A program made the position numbers and the translations under genes. The notes under the pieces are model-generated. The model was not told the origin of the DNA. It searched no databases and saw nothing but the letters and a program-made list of their open reading frames with translations. A stretch of 64,000 nucleotides of DNA from Balanoglossus misakiensis (taxonomy: Eukaryota > Animalia > Hemichordata), in the NCBI GenBank assembly GCA_040954595.2, contig CM082589.2:3610213-3674212 (forward strand), given 5' to 3'. Shown here piece by piece: positions 54,801-64,000 of the stretch; position 1 is the first letter of the stretch, and each line of letters opens with the position of its first letter.

Positions 54801-56818
54801 TAAACTTTTTGTAAGCTGATGACAGGGAGTACGACAAAGAAAGCCCTGTGAATTATCCCATTCAACAATAAAACCTCATAAATTTCAAAACTTCTTTGCA
54901 CAGGCTTTCTAAGCCACCGAGCAGTGATACGCTCGCATAATAAACAGGGGAGATAAAAAGAGACACTTGCTTTGGCAAGTTTGCTTTGAATAGGACAACA
55001 ATGACCTCATACAGCAGAGTATTTGCATACCTTAATGTTGACAGCGGGAACCCTTGGGATGGGCACAGTGGAGTGCTGTGTATGTTATCTCTGTTAGAAT
55101 CTCTGACACTCTCTTGAACCCAGTGGGCCTGAAACCCCACTTTAACTCCGCCGGTCGGGCAGACCATAGAATATTGTTCTTGAGTATGACAGTAAATATC
55201 TAACTGGTACACTACACTCAAATTCAGTGTTTTTGTTAAGGTCAGTACCCAGGTAAATGTTACCAGGGTTTCCCAGTCATTTTACCGAAGTTCCCCTCGG
55301 TATATGAATGCATCATATTGGTAGGTAGCAGACACATTACTGGGGTTCCTAAGTCATTTACCAGTGTTCCTGAGCCTTAGCAAAAACACTGAAATTAGTG
55401 GGGAGTTCTTACCTGGTACTGGGCTGGGCTGGGCTGCCCACAACTTCATTGATCTGTTTACGGTGATTAGGGTACAGTGGTAATACACTGTCCTCGGTCA
55501 ACACAGAAATGAAAAGGACCAAATGTCATGCACCATAGAACTGGATGACACCAGGTCCAATTCATAACTGGTTGTAATCATGTATGGTGTGTATGCGTAG
55601 GAAGCCAAGGCCTTACCTTTACAAGATGTTTGTTCACCCATTTGGTGAAAGTCTTTTTCTGGATTTCATCTCTTTCGTCTGAAAGTGCAAAAAGAGACGG
55701 GAAGAAATTAAAAAATGACAAGAAATGGAACAGCTGGTATGATTTGACTGCATAGATGTGTTTGCTTTATACACACCACTACTGATCCAATCCCACGGTC
55801 ACCTCAATCAGGGACACACATACGTCATTTATACATATTAGTGTAGCTATGTAATGTACATGTAATGTACATTTCACACGTATTAAATGTTCGCGTTTCA
55901 TACCCACCCTTGTAACGAGTCAGGGTTTGCTCGTAGAACTCAGCTGGGTTGACGTCGTCGACGGGTTGTGCCATGATTTATGTGGAAACATTAAGAAACC
56001 ACGAAAGGTGACTCCAACTACCGCGGTGCAACGTGCAAGGTGACTTGTGACCGAAGTGTAAACAGCTACGAGGTCGCGATCGATCACCAGTGGTATAGCA
56101 GTACGGGAATATTGGTTGCTTCTCGGCAAGTGGAAACCAACTCGGCGGAGATCCGTCTGGAGACGGTCGATCCACTGCCGTAGCACGATGTGGGGTTTCG
56201 GCTCAAACTTCAAAGGTCCACCGTGGCTCGCCGGTGACCAGTCAGCTTCGATGGGACGGCGGGCACGGGGGTACCTGCTTCGGCCGATCCTCTCCACACC
56301 TATGACTCACACTCCAGTCCGTCGAGGGCCTTCTCCACTTTTATGCAAATCCGCTCCACAGTAGGTTGTTTTGACAAAGCCGGACTGTATTGTTGGGGTT
56401 TTTTAAAAGGGGGGCTGGCGCACGCCTGTGGCCTTTCTTTACCTCGGTTGTTGTCAAACGTGTGAATGACCACTAATGACTAATGGAAATGAAGAGCGCC
56501 CAACAGTGTTTGATTTATGCATCCGAAGGGCAACCTAAGGTGATCATCTGACCTGAATAGACAATGCTACGTTATCAATGGGGCCCTCTGTACGTCCCCC
56601 TGGCGAGACCATGTACACACAATATTATCAAATACGAATATCTATGGGAGTACACAGTGTTACTTACCGGCGATTCGAAGCACGGCACGATCGGCCAAGT
56701 CAAGCGGTTCCAGTGGCGGGTTGGGCGATCGTGCCGGTGACCCAGGGCGTCGTCTCGCTTCTAAAAGCCGCACGATGGATTTGTGTTCGCGTGATTCGTA
56801 GTCTCCGAAATAATCCAT
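1..56818 (-). CDS. macf1/dst: Spectraplakin (MACF1/dystonin/Shot family) multi-exon gene, 5' part; 3' end lies beyond the window start
   Basis: About 30 GT-AG exons join in consistent phase to give CH1 ([19 protein letters not shown]...[21 protein letters not shown]), CH2, a plakin domain with SH3 and a giant plectin-repeat exon. This domain order matches spectraplakin b-type isoforms. The spectrin rod, EF-hand and GAR domains are not visible here, so the symbol is family-level. Confidence 0.93.
6996..7019. repeat. (GGT)n microsatellite
   Basis: Direct inspection; explains the poly-His ORF 6755..7069. Confidence 0.85.
10238..10438 (-). CDS. Last plakin-domain exon [14 protein letters not shown]...[10 protein letters not shown]...KLGIPE
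   Basis: KKxKxQSxxD motif near the plakin C-terminus; ccccag/gtacgt; phase 0/0. Confidence 0.9.
10615..10698 (-). CDS. Plakin exon [28 protein letters not shown]
   Basis: Phase 0/0; cacag/gtaagc boundaries. Confidence 0.88.
12271..12430 (-). CDS. Plakin exon [15 protein letters not shown]...EKQFDENK
   Basis: Spectrin-repeat WL motif; phase 2/0. Confidence 0.88.
12679..12857 (-). CDS. Plakin exon [12 protein letters not shown]...[11 protein letters not shown](R)
   Basis: RWQ...QxDxR motif; phase 0/2. Confidence 0.9.
13147..13285 (-). CDS. Plakin exon [22 protein letters not shown]...QQEKLQ
   Basis: Phase 2/0; tttcag/gtaggt boundaries. Confidence 0.87.
13467..13642 (-). CDS. Plakin exon [21 protein letters not shown]...[14 protein letters not shown]
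   Basis: Phase 0/2; open frame; gtgagt donor. Confidence 0.85.
13902..14056 (-). CDS. Plakin exon (S)[10 protein letters not shown]...RMVEEQQ
   Basis: Phase 1/0; cctag acceptor, gtgagc donor. Confidence 0.85.
14234..14417 (-). CDS. Plakin exon [16 protein letters not shown]...EMSKSTT
   Basis: Phase 0/1; helical, in frame. Confidence 0.87.
14648..14774 (-). CDS. Plakin exon [16 protein letters not shown]...MSLEQ
   Basis: Phase 2/0; GT-AG; LxxxYQxLLxLW motif. Confidence 0.9.
15068..15222 (-). CDS. SH3 exon [22 protein letters not shown]...[20 protein letters not shown](R)
   Basis: Plakin SH3 signature KWKV...VPxxCFxIPPPN. Confidence 0.96.
15552..15698 (-). CDS. Plakin exon entering SH3: [10 protein letters not shown]...VVPLKQRR...ALCDYIQMD
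   Basis: VVPLKQR and ALCDY motifs mark the SH3 start. Confidence 0.93.
15896..16018 (-). CDS. Plakin domain exon [13 protein letters not shown]...LLQELF
   Basis: GT-AG; phase 0/0; FxxDA motif. Confidence 0.9.
16116..16211 (-). CDS. Plakin domain exon [32 protein letters not shown]
   Basis: AMQxQWxW...C.E.HLK motif. Confidence 0.95.
16652..16681. repeat. (GTTT)n microsatellite
   Basis: Direct inspection. Confidence 0.9.
17605..17709 (-). CDS. Plakin domain exon [35 protein letters not shown]
   Basis: GxxL...HP motif; phase 0/0. Confidence 0.92.
19015..19176 (-). CDS. Plakin domain exon [10 protein letters not shown]...[23 protein letters not shown]...HYQ
   Basis: ELMWLNxKEExE...DWS hallmark of plakin domains. 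Confidence 0.95.
19426..19503 (-). CDS. Plakin domain exon [26 protein letters not shown]
   Basis: LGRLExxYAxLL motif; phase 0/0. Confidence 0.9.
19661..19789 (-). CDS. Plakin domain exon [16 protein letters not shown]...IDRCRAAK
   Basis: YGxDLPSV spectrin-repeat motif; phase 0/0. Confidence 0.93.
19934..20123 (-). CDS. Plakin domain exon [16 protein letters not shown]...WVQNKQ
   Basis: GT-AG; phase 2/0; in frame. Confidence 0.9.
20314..20402 (-). CDS. Plakin domain exon [29 protein letters not shown](R)
   Basis: FNDxQxLKDG motif typical of plectin/dystonin; phase 0/2. Confidence 0.93.
20568..20736 (-). CDS. Plakin domain exon [13 protein letters not shown]...IDAGLK
   Basis: RLERL motif across the junction; phase 2/0. 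Confidence 0.92.
20945..21075 (-). CDS. Plakin domain exon KLFAPTGQ...[25 protein letters not shown](R)
   Basis: GT-AG; phase 0/2; plakin DIxxxW motif. Confidence 0.92.
21287..21502 (-). CDS. Plakin domain exon [10 protein letters not shown]...LFRDLE
   Basis: WEEY...W...DRSFP spectrin-repeat motif; GT-AG; phase 0/0. Confidence 0.92.
22109..22215 (-). CDS. CH2 end exon [36 protein letters not shown]
   Basis: [15 protein letters not shown] motif; phase 1/0. Confidence 0.95.
22491..22606 (-). CDS. CH2 exon [38 protein letters not shown]
   Basis: NLENAFxVAE and GVTKLLD motifs; phase 2/1. Confidence 0.95.
22776..22942 (-). CDS. CH2 exon [27 protein letters not shown]...[15 protein letters not shown](R)
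   Basis: CH2 motifs LLLW and [13 protein letters not shown]; GT-AG boundaries; phase 0/2. Confidence 0.95.
25621..25785 (-). CDS. CH1-skipping alternative first exon D with N-myristoyl/palmitoyl motif (MGAKLCGC...DEEKNDEN, 55 aa)
   Basis: Gly2 plus Cys6/Cys8; donor AAT|gtgggt, phase 0 into ISDII; CpG-rich 5' flank. Position and motif parallel vertebrate BPAG1a3/MACF1a3 N-termini. Confidence 0.82.
26096..26108 (-). promoter_or_regulatory. TATA-like core element TGCATAAAAGTGG upstream of first exon D
   Basis: Same 13-mer as at 56335-56347, ~320 nt upstream of ATG 25785. Confidence 0.45.
29071..29118 (-). CDS. Candidate CH1-skipping first exon C ([16 protein letters not shown])
   Basis: ATG at 29118 after an in-frame TGA; donor ATG|gtgagt, phase 0 matching the CH2 exon; CpG-richer upstream region. 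No homology recognised. Confidence 0.45.
30370..30462 (-). CDS. CH1 exon [31 protein letters not shown]
   Basis: Actinin-type ABD signature 2; tttcag/gttagt boundaries. Confidence 0.96.
30621..30698 (-). CDS. CH1 exon [26 protein letters not shown]
   Basis: Plakin-family CH1 motif; ctgcag/gtaagt boundaries. Confidence 0.95.
30893..30982 (-). CDS. CH1 exon [30 protein letters not shown]
   Basis: Canonical CH1 motif [20 protein letters not shown]; tttcag/gtaagt boundaries; phase 0/0. Confidence 0.95.
32122..32139 (-). CDS. 18-nt cassette microexon HWKHDE within CH1
   Basis: ctctctctttacttttgccgcag|CACTGGAAGCATGATGAG|gtatgaa; phase 0/0; branch-point-like TACTAAT at 32178-32184. Confidence 0.82.
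41279..41323. repeat. (GACA)/(GA)n compound microsatellite
   Basis: Direct inspection. Confidence 0.8.
48967..49030. repeat. (TACA)/(TA)n low-complexity tract
   Basis: Direct inspection. Confidence 0.75.
55213..55400. mobile_element. MITE-like element, ~185 bp, with ~40-bp imperfect terminal inverted repeats
   Basis: Left ttcagtgtttttgttaaggtcagtacccaggtaaatg versus reverse complement of right ttcagtgtttttgctaaggctcaggaacactggtaaatg; internal near-duplicate tac(c/t)..gg.tt.c..agtcattt(t)acc; no ORF. TSD not resolved. Confidence 0.6.
55617..55678 (-). CDS. CH1 exon: (D)[20 protein letters not shown]
   Basis: ttcag acceptor and gtaagg donor; actinin-type actin-binding signature [10 protein letters not shown]. 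Too short for the ORF track. Confidence 0.95.
55908..55974 (-). CDS. Alternative first coding exon B (22 aa [22 protein letters not shown])
   Basis: ATG at 55974 with in-frame TAA two codons upstream; donor G|gtgggt in phase 1, compatible with exon 55617-55678. Confidence 0.75.
56335..56350 (-). promoter_or_regulatory. TATA-like core element TGCATAAAAGTGG upstream of first exon B
   Basis: ~370 nt upstream of ATG 55974 at the edge of a CpG-rich tract; overlaps octamer ATGCAAAT; AP-1-like TGACTCA at 56303-56309. Confidence 0.45.
56668..56818 (-). CDS. Alternative first coding exon A (50 aa, ends [12 protein letters not shown])
   Basis: ATG at 56818 with in-frame TAG upstream; [50 protein letters not shown]+G|gtaagt. 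Phase 1 matches the next exon (G+AC=Asp). Resembles the LDPAERAVLRIA/DERD junction of dystonin/MACF1/plectin. Confidence 0.88.
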
Positions 56819-57029
56819 CCTAACATTGCAGGGAGCCTAGCCTAGTCTACGATGCGATGCTCGGCACGGTATATTTTCCCATTGACCGTTTAGGGAGGAA
56901 ATTTGTCCCAAATAGTAGCCAAAGTCATACACAGTGGTCGTCCTGAAGAAAACTCAATTTCTGTCAAATTTCAGGTTCCTACACGGCCGAGAAATGACAT
57001 TTTGAAGCGCTGAACATGCTGGCAATATT

Positions 57030-57112
57030 GAAAATGGCTGCTTCTTCATTAGAGTCCGTGCGCTGTGCTATTTAATAGCGGCCACCCCGCCCACAAAGTG
57101 TCGATGACGTGA
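57030..57112 (-). promoter_or_regulatory. Putative promoter of first exon A
   Basis: Cluster of YY1-like AAAATGGC (57031), AT-rich CTATTTAATAG (~57069), GC box CCCCGCCC (~57085) and CRE-like TGACGT (~57105), 210-290 nt upstream of ATG 56818. Confidence 0.3.
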
Positions 57113-60100
57113 ATATTAAATAGATGCTCACGTGCGTGTATTGGCTGTATCTACTTACACTTTTTATAAATATGAATATATGTGCAGTGAAGGTTTATTA
57201 CACAGGTAATTTAAAGGTTACATGCATATTTTCCCCCACTCTTATTTTAGAAAGACGATTTCTTCCAGTGGGACATACAACGAGATATGAAACAGCAAAT
57301 ACAGAAGGTGGCAGAAATAAATCTGGGTTTATAACGGTAGTTACGATTGGCTTGCAGAAATTGCCACCCACTTTCTTAGACAGGGCCAATAAACAACGTT
57401 TGAGATTACATCATTAAGTAGTCTTGGCCAATCAGACAGTCGGAGTAGGTTTCAGGGAAGATCAATGTAACTACATTTACGCGTTGCTTGAATGTACAAG
57501 TGCAAATCTACTTTTCGGGTGTCAAATAACTTGTTTGTTTCGTTCCGTCTTGTTTCACATATATTGAATTTCTTTTCAAATACAAACTTAAGAACCACGC
57601 GCTTATTATGTCTCAAGAAAGGGTCGTTGCATTTTCAGTGAAGATTATTGCACAATTAACCACACACTGAAGAGCAGCTAAATGTTTGTTGTGTAAACAA
57701 ACGTGGATTGCTTTCCGTAAACAGAGAAATTGCATCCTTTCAACCCGTTATGTGGCATGGCAAAGCAGAAATGTGAGCGAGTAAAGAGAAAAAAGTCACA
57801 CATGAATTCGCACAAGACCGTGGACGGAATTATCATTATTGACGTGACTTTTTATTCGAAATCATGGTGAAATGATTTATACCGATTCATTGATGACAAT
57901 TTTCTAATTTTGTTGTTTTCTTTTTTATATATTTAGAGATAAACCTTGACACAACAATCACCCATCTGCGGTACACCATTATCCTTTCAATGTCATAAAT
58001 CGATTACGTCATAGGGATTTGCTATCTATTATTAACGATGGGAACGTTAGCGCGTTTTGTGCGAGCTTTTGTTCTGATGGGCGCAAGCAAAACTGACACC
58101 CTGCCTCGAAATTTCGTAATGTTTAACATAAATGAAATAAATAAGAATAATGAATATAATGATAAAATTGTCCCGCCACTATATGGTATTATGAACAAAC
58201 CAGTTTACTCGTCTGCAAGAATAAAAATATACACGATTAACACGATAATGACTGCAATCGAGGACAACAGATGTCATGATACTGCTTTCATTTATATTCA
58301 AAACTGTAGTGTACATGTACTGATCATTGTAGCGACAATGAGGGCATTGAAGGTCGTTCGCCATATGTATTAATGTATGTATTAATGTATGTATTAAACA
58401 GTATACAATAATCACATAACCAGAAAAGGAATAGGCAAATATGATTTTCGCATTTAAATTTTTATATAGGGTACAAATATGGTGATAATCACGAGCTTAA
58501 TTTTCGATTTCAGATATGGACAGTTCTGAGAAGCTGTGAAGTCTAAACCTATCATGGTTTTCAAAACAACACCTGTCTATATGTAGTGCCATATTTTCAA
58601 ACACAAAACACTTCAGGATAACCCTCAAAGGCTGTTCTCTGTAGGGGGCAAACAGTAAAGTTTCTCGATAAAAAAGTGCAATGGTACTCCACAAATAGAG
58701 TCAGATCAAATCTCTGTGGATTCTTCCCAAAATATGGCAATCTCCAAAATCGAAGAATTTTTATTATGGAAATAGATCAATTAATGCAAGTAAAGCACTT
58801 GGAATTCGTCATCCCCGCTATAACGGAATCAGGGAACTATAATATATAATATTCTCACAGACACCTCAGCCCTATACAGTCCATTGCACACATCAAGGTC
58901 ACTTTTGAACTTCGGCCTTCATCACGATAGACTTAACAATAGATGCGGTTAGCGCAATGATCGGGTCACTTTTAAGGTCATTAGCTTCCCATGTAATAGC
59001 ACTACGACGGTGTTTTAACTATGCAATGGACGATAATGTCGTCTTTTTCAGAAACTATAATATTTATGTGGCTATTGACAAACACAGAAGGAAGTCGACA
59101 TGCCTTTATATTAACTGACATATAGTGACAAAATAACTTTTGGAGTAAATTACTTTTCCTGCCCTATCGTTTCTAATGCAGGTGTGTCAGTGGTCGATGG
59201 GCGGCCTAGCTTACCAACTTTGAAAACAATCCCTGCGTCCTGGATCGGGGAAACGTTGTCATGGAAACGCGTTTCTATTGATATAATTTTCTACTTGGAA
59301 AAGCTAGAAAAAATATACCTTTAGCCACATTTAAAGTAGAAATTCGACAAGTACTTGATTTATCACGGAAAAAAACACTTGACACTCCGAATAGTACAAA
59401 CTTGAATAAATACATTATAGATAACAAATTTGCATGATGCTGAAACTTTGTACAAGAGAATCGTTCTCTTGGGGCATACTTTGTTTCATGGTGCGTACCG
59501 CATGCCTGTGACACTAAGTATGTACTCTGATAGACTTGTTTCGTTTAATTCAACTATTTGAGGGTGTGGTACCGAAGCTTACTCTGGTATAAACATACTA
59601 GAAAACATTAACCATTGCAAAATGGAATTTAGCGTCCCACCCATTAACAAAACTCACGGTAGAGTATCTGTGCGTTAATTTGGCTAAATAAAACTTCAAG
59701 TTACCATGGTCATGAGCAACCGATGAAGTATACAATCGCCATATTTTTGTATTAATTTTAGTGAGCGAAAATAACATCGCAAAAGTTGTTATTTTTAGTT
59801 TATTGGGTTTATTTCACCGGGCAATTTTGATAACGAATTTCATTAATCATTCTCACCATAACGCTGTCAAATTTGTTTTTGCGCTAAGGGGCGGCCCGCT
59901 GGCACACCATCCACCGTGCATTTGAAGGTAATTCGGTCGAGAGTTTTGTTTGACCTTTCACCCGCGTTTACGATATCTCTCCCAGTAACCAGGTCTGTGC
60001 CTCGTAATTTATTTTCGCTATTTCTGGCGAAAACCTGTCATCGATATCTGAGTTTGACTTCATTTTTGCTGTCTGCATAATCGACCCAAAGAACCGAGAT

Positions 60101-61668
60101 ATAAAACATTTTATGTCAAACCCTTTCAGGTATATTTCTATCATCTCATATATAGGTCTATCTGGGGTTTAGTTTAAGGGTTCCTGCGCATAACTTAAAC
60201 GTCATCCACTATTTTGCTCCATGTGCATGCTATTGATAGCCGGTGTCATGGCGTGACGTCACCAGAAAAAAAGGGTGGGTCGGAAACTACATTATATGTA
60301 CACGCGAATGTCAAGCGAAAAAGCGCACAAATTATAAAGCGCAGTCAAATAAAAATGGTGCAACAAACAAAAAATATGAAATATCGATAAAATTAATAGC
60401 ACGAATATTGGATGGATGCCAGGATAGTAGCTAAAATTGTTTATTTTTAATGCACAAAAATATCAAATATTTTTTTTATTTAAAAAAAATAAAAATTAGA
60501 TTAAAGATTAAATAAAAAAAATCAAATATCATCAAATCTACTGAGTTCTGTGTATTTATTTCGTCTTTGAGAAACCATCGTGGGAGTAACCTTACTTAGA
60601 GGATTTGCCTAAGCAGTTACTATAATGTCCGCGTAAACCCAACCTAATTTAGCACAAAAGTTAACTTTTCATTCGCAACCAACCATCACGGTCTATGGTG
60701 CCTGGCGAATCTGCCATGTCAGGGAGGGGCGTTTTTCGAGTGCGCAACGAAACACGTTGGTTCTAACTTTTTTGTTTACAACTACACACAGAGCCAGAAG
60801 ACCCATTCTTTTCCAGCGTCTATCTGACCGCATTCTAAATGAAAGAATCCTTTGTCATCAACCAAGTTTTGTTCTTCGTGTGGCGAGGTTTCGGGATAAT
60901 CAGCGCTATAGCATTCATGGCATACAGAATATGACCTTCCAAATATAGAAAGCCACAAACACGAAGCACAGATCAATGGCGTCGTTTGATCAGTGTCCTC
61001 ATAAGTGCACGCCCCACAGTCACCGAGGCCATTCACCCTATCCCCTGCGGTACCAGCTATTTTTGCTGACACATGCAACCATGACACTTTCTGTGCTCAC
61101 GTTGAACTATGAACTATGATTTTTAAGAGAAGTTGGCACCATCGACCTGAAATTGAATGATCACAATGGACAGTACACGTAGTACCATAACCTACGCAAA
61201 TTCAGGTCGTAAAAACAAGCTTGTTACGCGGATCAACCAATTCATTCACCTGTCATTCCACGTATACACTCCTATTCCACCCACTCGTATATCAGTCTGT
61301 GTGTGCTCAGCCAGGCATAGCCACAACCATGGCAATAAACCCATCCGTCCATCCATAGACCCGCCCATCATCCACCTATCCATTCATCTTTCTCATCCAT
61401 CCCATTCCATCGAAACCAACCCCATCACATCCCATCTCATGAAAACATCCAGTACCTCAGCTACAAGTCTGGGTGGCACGGTGTGAGGTGACCACCATCA
61501 ATGAATCTTATTTTGACCACGCATGTGTTGACATGACGTTGTTTTATAAAATGGGAAGTGGTTGTAATTAGGGGACCAAGCGCCCTCAGGCGCTTGGTCC
61601 CCTTCTGTTATTGCTGGAGTTTTTCTTCCATCTTCTTGTTTTCGATATATTTTTTTTCCTTTTCAGTG

Positions 61669-61735
61669 TCAACAACACAAACAACAACAACAACAACAAC
61701 AACAACCACCATTACCACCACCACAACAACAACAA
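61669..61735. repeat. (ACA)n/(ACC)n microsatellite
   Basis: Direct inspection; explains the poly-T and poly-V ORFs. Confidence 0.9.
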
Positions 61736-63387
61736 ACTTCAGACGATATAAAAAGAGCCAAAATACAGCTAATGGATCTTTAATGCGTCCTACCATTTAA
61801 GGGTTTGGTGGTTAGTTTTTTTATACCAATTACTAGGCGTAGCTCGTCAGTGACTGGTTGTGGACATGATAGAGAAACTAATTATGGACATGTCCGTACA
61901 GACGAACAATTATTAGTATGCGATACACGTAAGGCGAGAATGTAATGAACGTCACCAAACGCATACAAAACAAAGGTTGTCTGATTTTTTTTCTTTCACT
62001 GAAATTTCACCCAAAATGAAAACACATGACAAATTTTGACGGGATAACGTCAACCAATTTCTCGTTTTATATACAAATCTTCTCCCTATATTCTGCAAGT
62101 TGTGATATCAATATGTTGAATGATGTTTTGGTTTTCGAAATGGCGGGCTTGAATTTTATTAATTCATCGGATTAACGTGAAAAACGATCCTGTCTTAGTC
62201 TGGCCAATCAGAACTCCCGTTGCTCAGCATCTTTCTAAAGACTCGGGCGATTGTCCTGAAGATTGATTCATTCACTACGTGCCTTCGAAATCGGCCGTCG
62301 ACGTGACAACTGGTCATCCGGCAGCCAGCCAAGCCTCTGAGCCGTGCACTGACAACAAAGCCCGTCCCCTGAATTCGAATTGAGGCTATCGTCGTTCTCA
62401 ACCGCCGTGACATGAAATACTGAGACATTCCAATAATTTTGACGTCTAATGCCCAATATTGCACTCACCCAGTAATATTCATATATCTTGTAGATATTGT
62501 TAAGTGTTGCCACTATCTCTCACCCATGTACACCCGAAGCATAAGCCCGGTAATATATACTCGCCATGTTGAAACAATAATCTTTTGGTTTCAATACTAC
62601 CGACGTTTCCAAATATCAATTTTCAAACAGAACTCAAACCACACCATGTCCTAGTTTATATGAGTAGAATATAAGGCGTTAAGCCGTCTGGCTGAAGACG
62701 TTAAAATTATTTTAATTGAAGGTCTTGTCAAGAATGTCAACGTGGTCACGTGAAAGGATGTTTTGTCGCGTGATATACGACAGAGAAATCGTTAACATGT
62801 TTACTGCATTCCAACTTTTTTTTGTTTTTACAGTGACGACAATCTTCGGCACATTTCGGCCAACCAATTAGTGCTTGTGTACCTTCACAAAGGAAAACCG
62901 TGATTGGCTTAGAGGAGGGAGCTTTCGGTTATGATTGGACAGGGTGGATCCGAGGACTTTTGGCTTTGCTTGTCACATAGATGCGATCCTCTTCATGATA
63001 ATTTTTAAAATCAATCCTTAGCACATGCGATCTAGGCATTTGGATTTAACCTGGTTACAGATGTTTATATTGTTGTTTATGTTGTTACTGCCTAATAAAA
63101 ATGAAAACACATCGATGATAGCCTTGAAACCGATGTCAACAATAGTCACACAACAATGATATTACCTTACTTATGGTAACTTTTAATTATTACAACTAAA
63201 GCAACGATAAATATTAAATGATTGTACACTGAAAAAAAACACAAAATAAGAGACTAACTTGAATGTGACCAGGTGCGAAAAATAAAGAGTCAAGTCCAAT
63301 GTTCCGTAGTTTACGAAGAACGCGACAACACCGCGACAGTTCCGACGTTCAGTCCGAGTAGCGCTCTGGCAAATCCACAGGTACACT

Positions 63388-63498
63388 GCACGGCTTCCAG
63401 GCCAGTTCCACATGAGACAGCACGGCTTCCAGACCAGTCATAAGACGGTACAGCTTCCAAGCCGGTGAGTACCGGAACACAGCTCACAGGCCAGTTCA
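63388..63498. repeat. Degenerate ~28-32-bp minisatellite, 4 units
   Basis: Core gcacggcttccag(g/a)ccagt and variants at 63388, 63420, 63448 and ~63477. Confidence 0.7.
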
Positions 63499-64000
63499 AA
63501 TTAGCAGCTACCCCACAACGTGGCAACGTGCAGGCTTTTTATACGAGAAAAGTAATGAATGCATCACACCTGGTCATGTAAATACATGTATTCAAATTAC
63601 GAAAATAAACGTTGAGCACACCTGGTCACGAAAACAATAGCAAACTTAACCTACATAACATTGGCCATCTCCTTGTTGTGGTCATTTAGCGTGACAAGAA
63701 TGTTCGCCCATTCTCTTTTCGGTATTTGAGTGCAGCTACCATTCGCGACCCGGGTTTTTATTTAGTAAACTGACTGTATAAGGGGGTCGTTTGTCCCGCG
63801 TTAAGAAGGCTGATCTTTCATACAGCTTTGGCGATTCATTTGAGCAAACGCACACAACGACTTCTTTCATGCCCGCCGGGATCTTCCGACAAGCATATTT
63901 CTACTTGACTACCTACAAAATCAAATTGTAGAGTCTCTCAGTCAGTTATGGGACGAATGCATGCTGACTGCTTGGTATTTGTGTACTGCTAAACCATATG

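Noticed and set aside
55920-56364. 125-aa minus ORF and overlapping ORFs in a CpG-rich tract
   Set aside because: No ATG-supported recognisable protein; better explained as the GC-rich 5' UTR of first exon B, which is in another frame.
61558-61800. Poly-Thr and poly-Val ORFs
   Set aside because: Products of the (ACA)n microsatellite.
63388-63498. CRISPR-like repeat-spacer appearance
   Set aside because: Eukaryotic context, degenerate repeats, spacers only ~8-13 bp, no cas genes.
57124-64000. Assorted 60-110 aa ORFs upstream of the gene
   Set aside because: No recognisable domains, splice-consistent chains or coding-like composition; treated as intergenic or intronic noise. Further upstream exons cannot be excluded.

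Overview
Eukaryotic (metazoan, intron-rich, AT-rich) DNA, probably an invertebrate deuterostome. The taxon is an inference only. The window holds the 5' part of one large minus-strand spectraplakin gene (MACF1/dystonin/Shot family). I assembled by hand a frame-consistent chain of GT-AG exons from 56818 to the window edge. It encodes the CH1-CH2 actin-binding domain, the plakin domain (spectrin repeats with an inserted SH3), and a giant exon of at least 6.8 kb. That exon has ~825 aa of disordered Pro/Ser/Thr/Lys/Glu-rich sequence, then >30 plectin repeats ending in a near-identical 867-bp (289-aa) tandem array that runs off the window. The most notable feature is a multi-promoter N-terminal switchboard that the ORF track mostly misses. 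Two alternative first exons sit before CH1: one ends in a vertebrate-like DRAVLRIA, the other in a Drosophila Shot-like YEQTLTRYK. An 18-nt HWKHDE microexon lies in a 24.6-kb intron at the position of plectin exon 2alpha. At least one CH1-skipping first exon carries a myristoylation/palmitoylation motif (MGAKLCGC). Most listed + strand ORFs are antisense shadows or noise. I found no rRNA, tRNA, CRISPR or prokaryotic system. Homology calls rest on remembered family motifs, not database searches.
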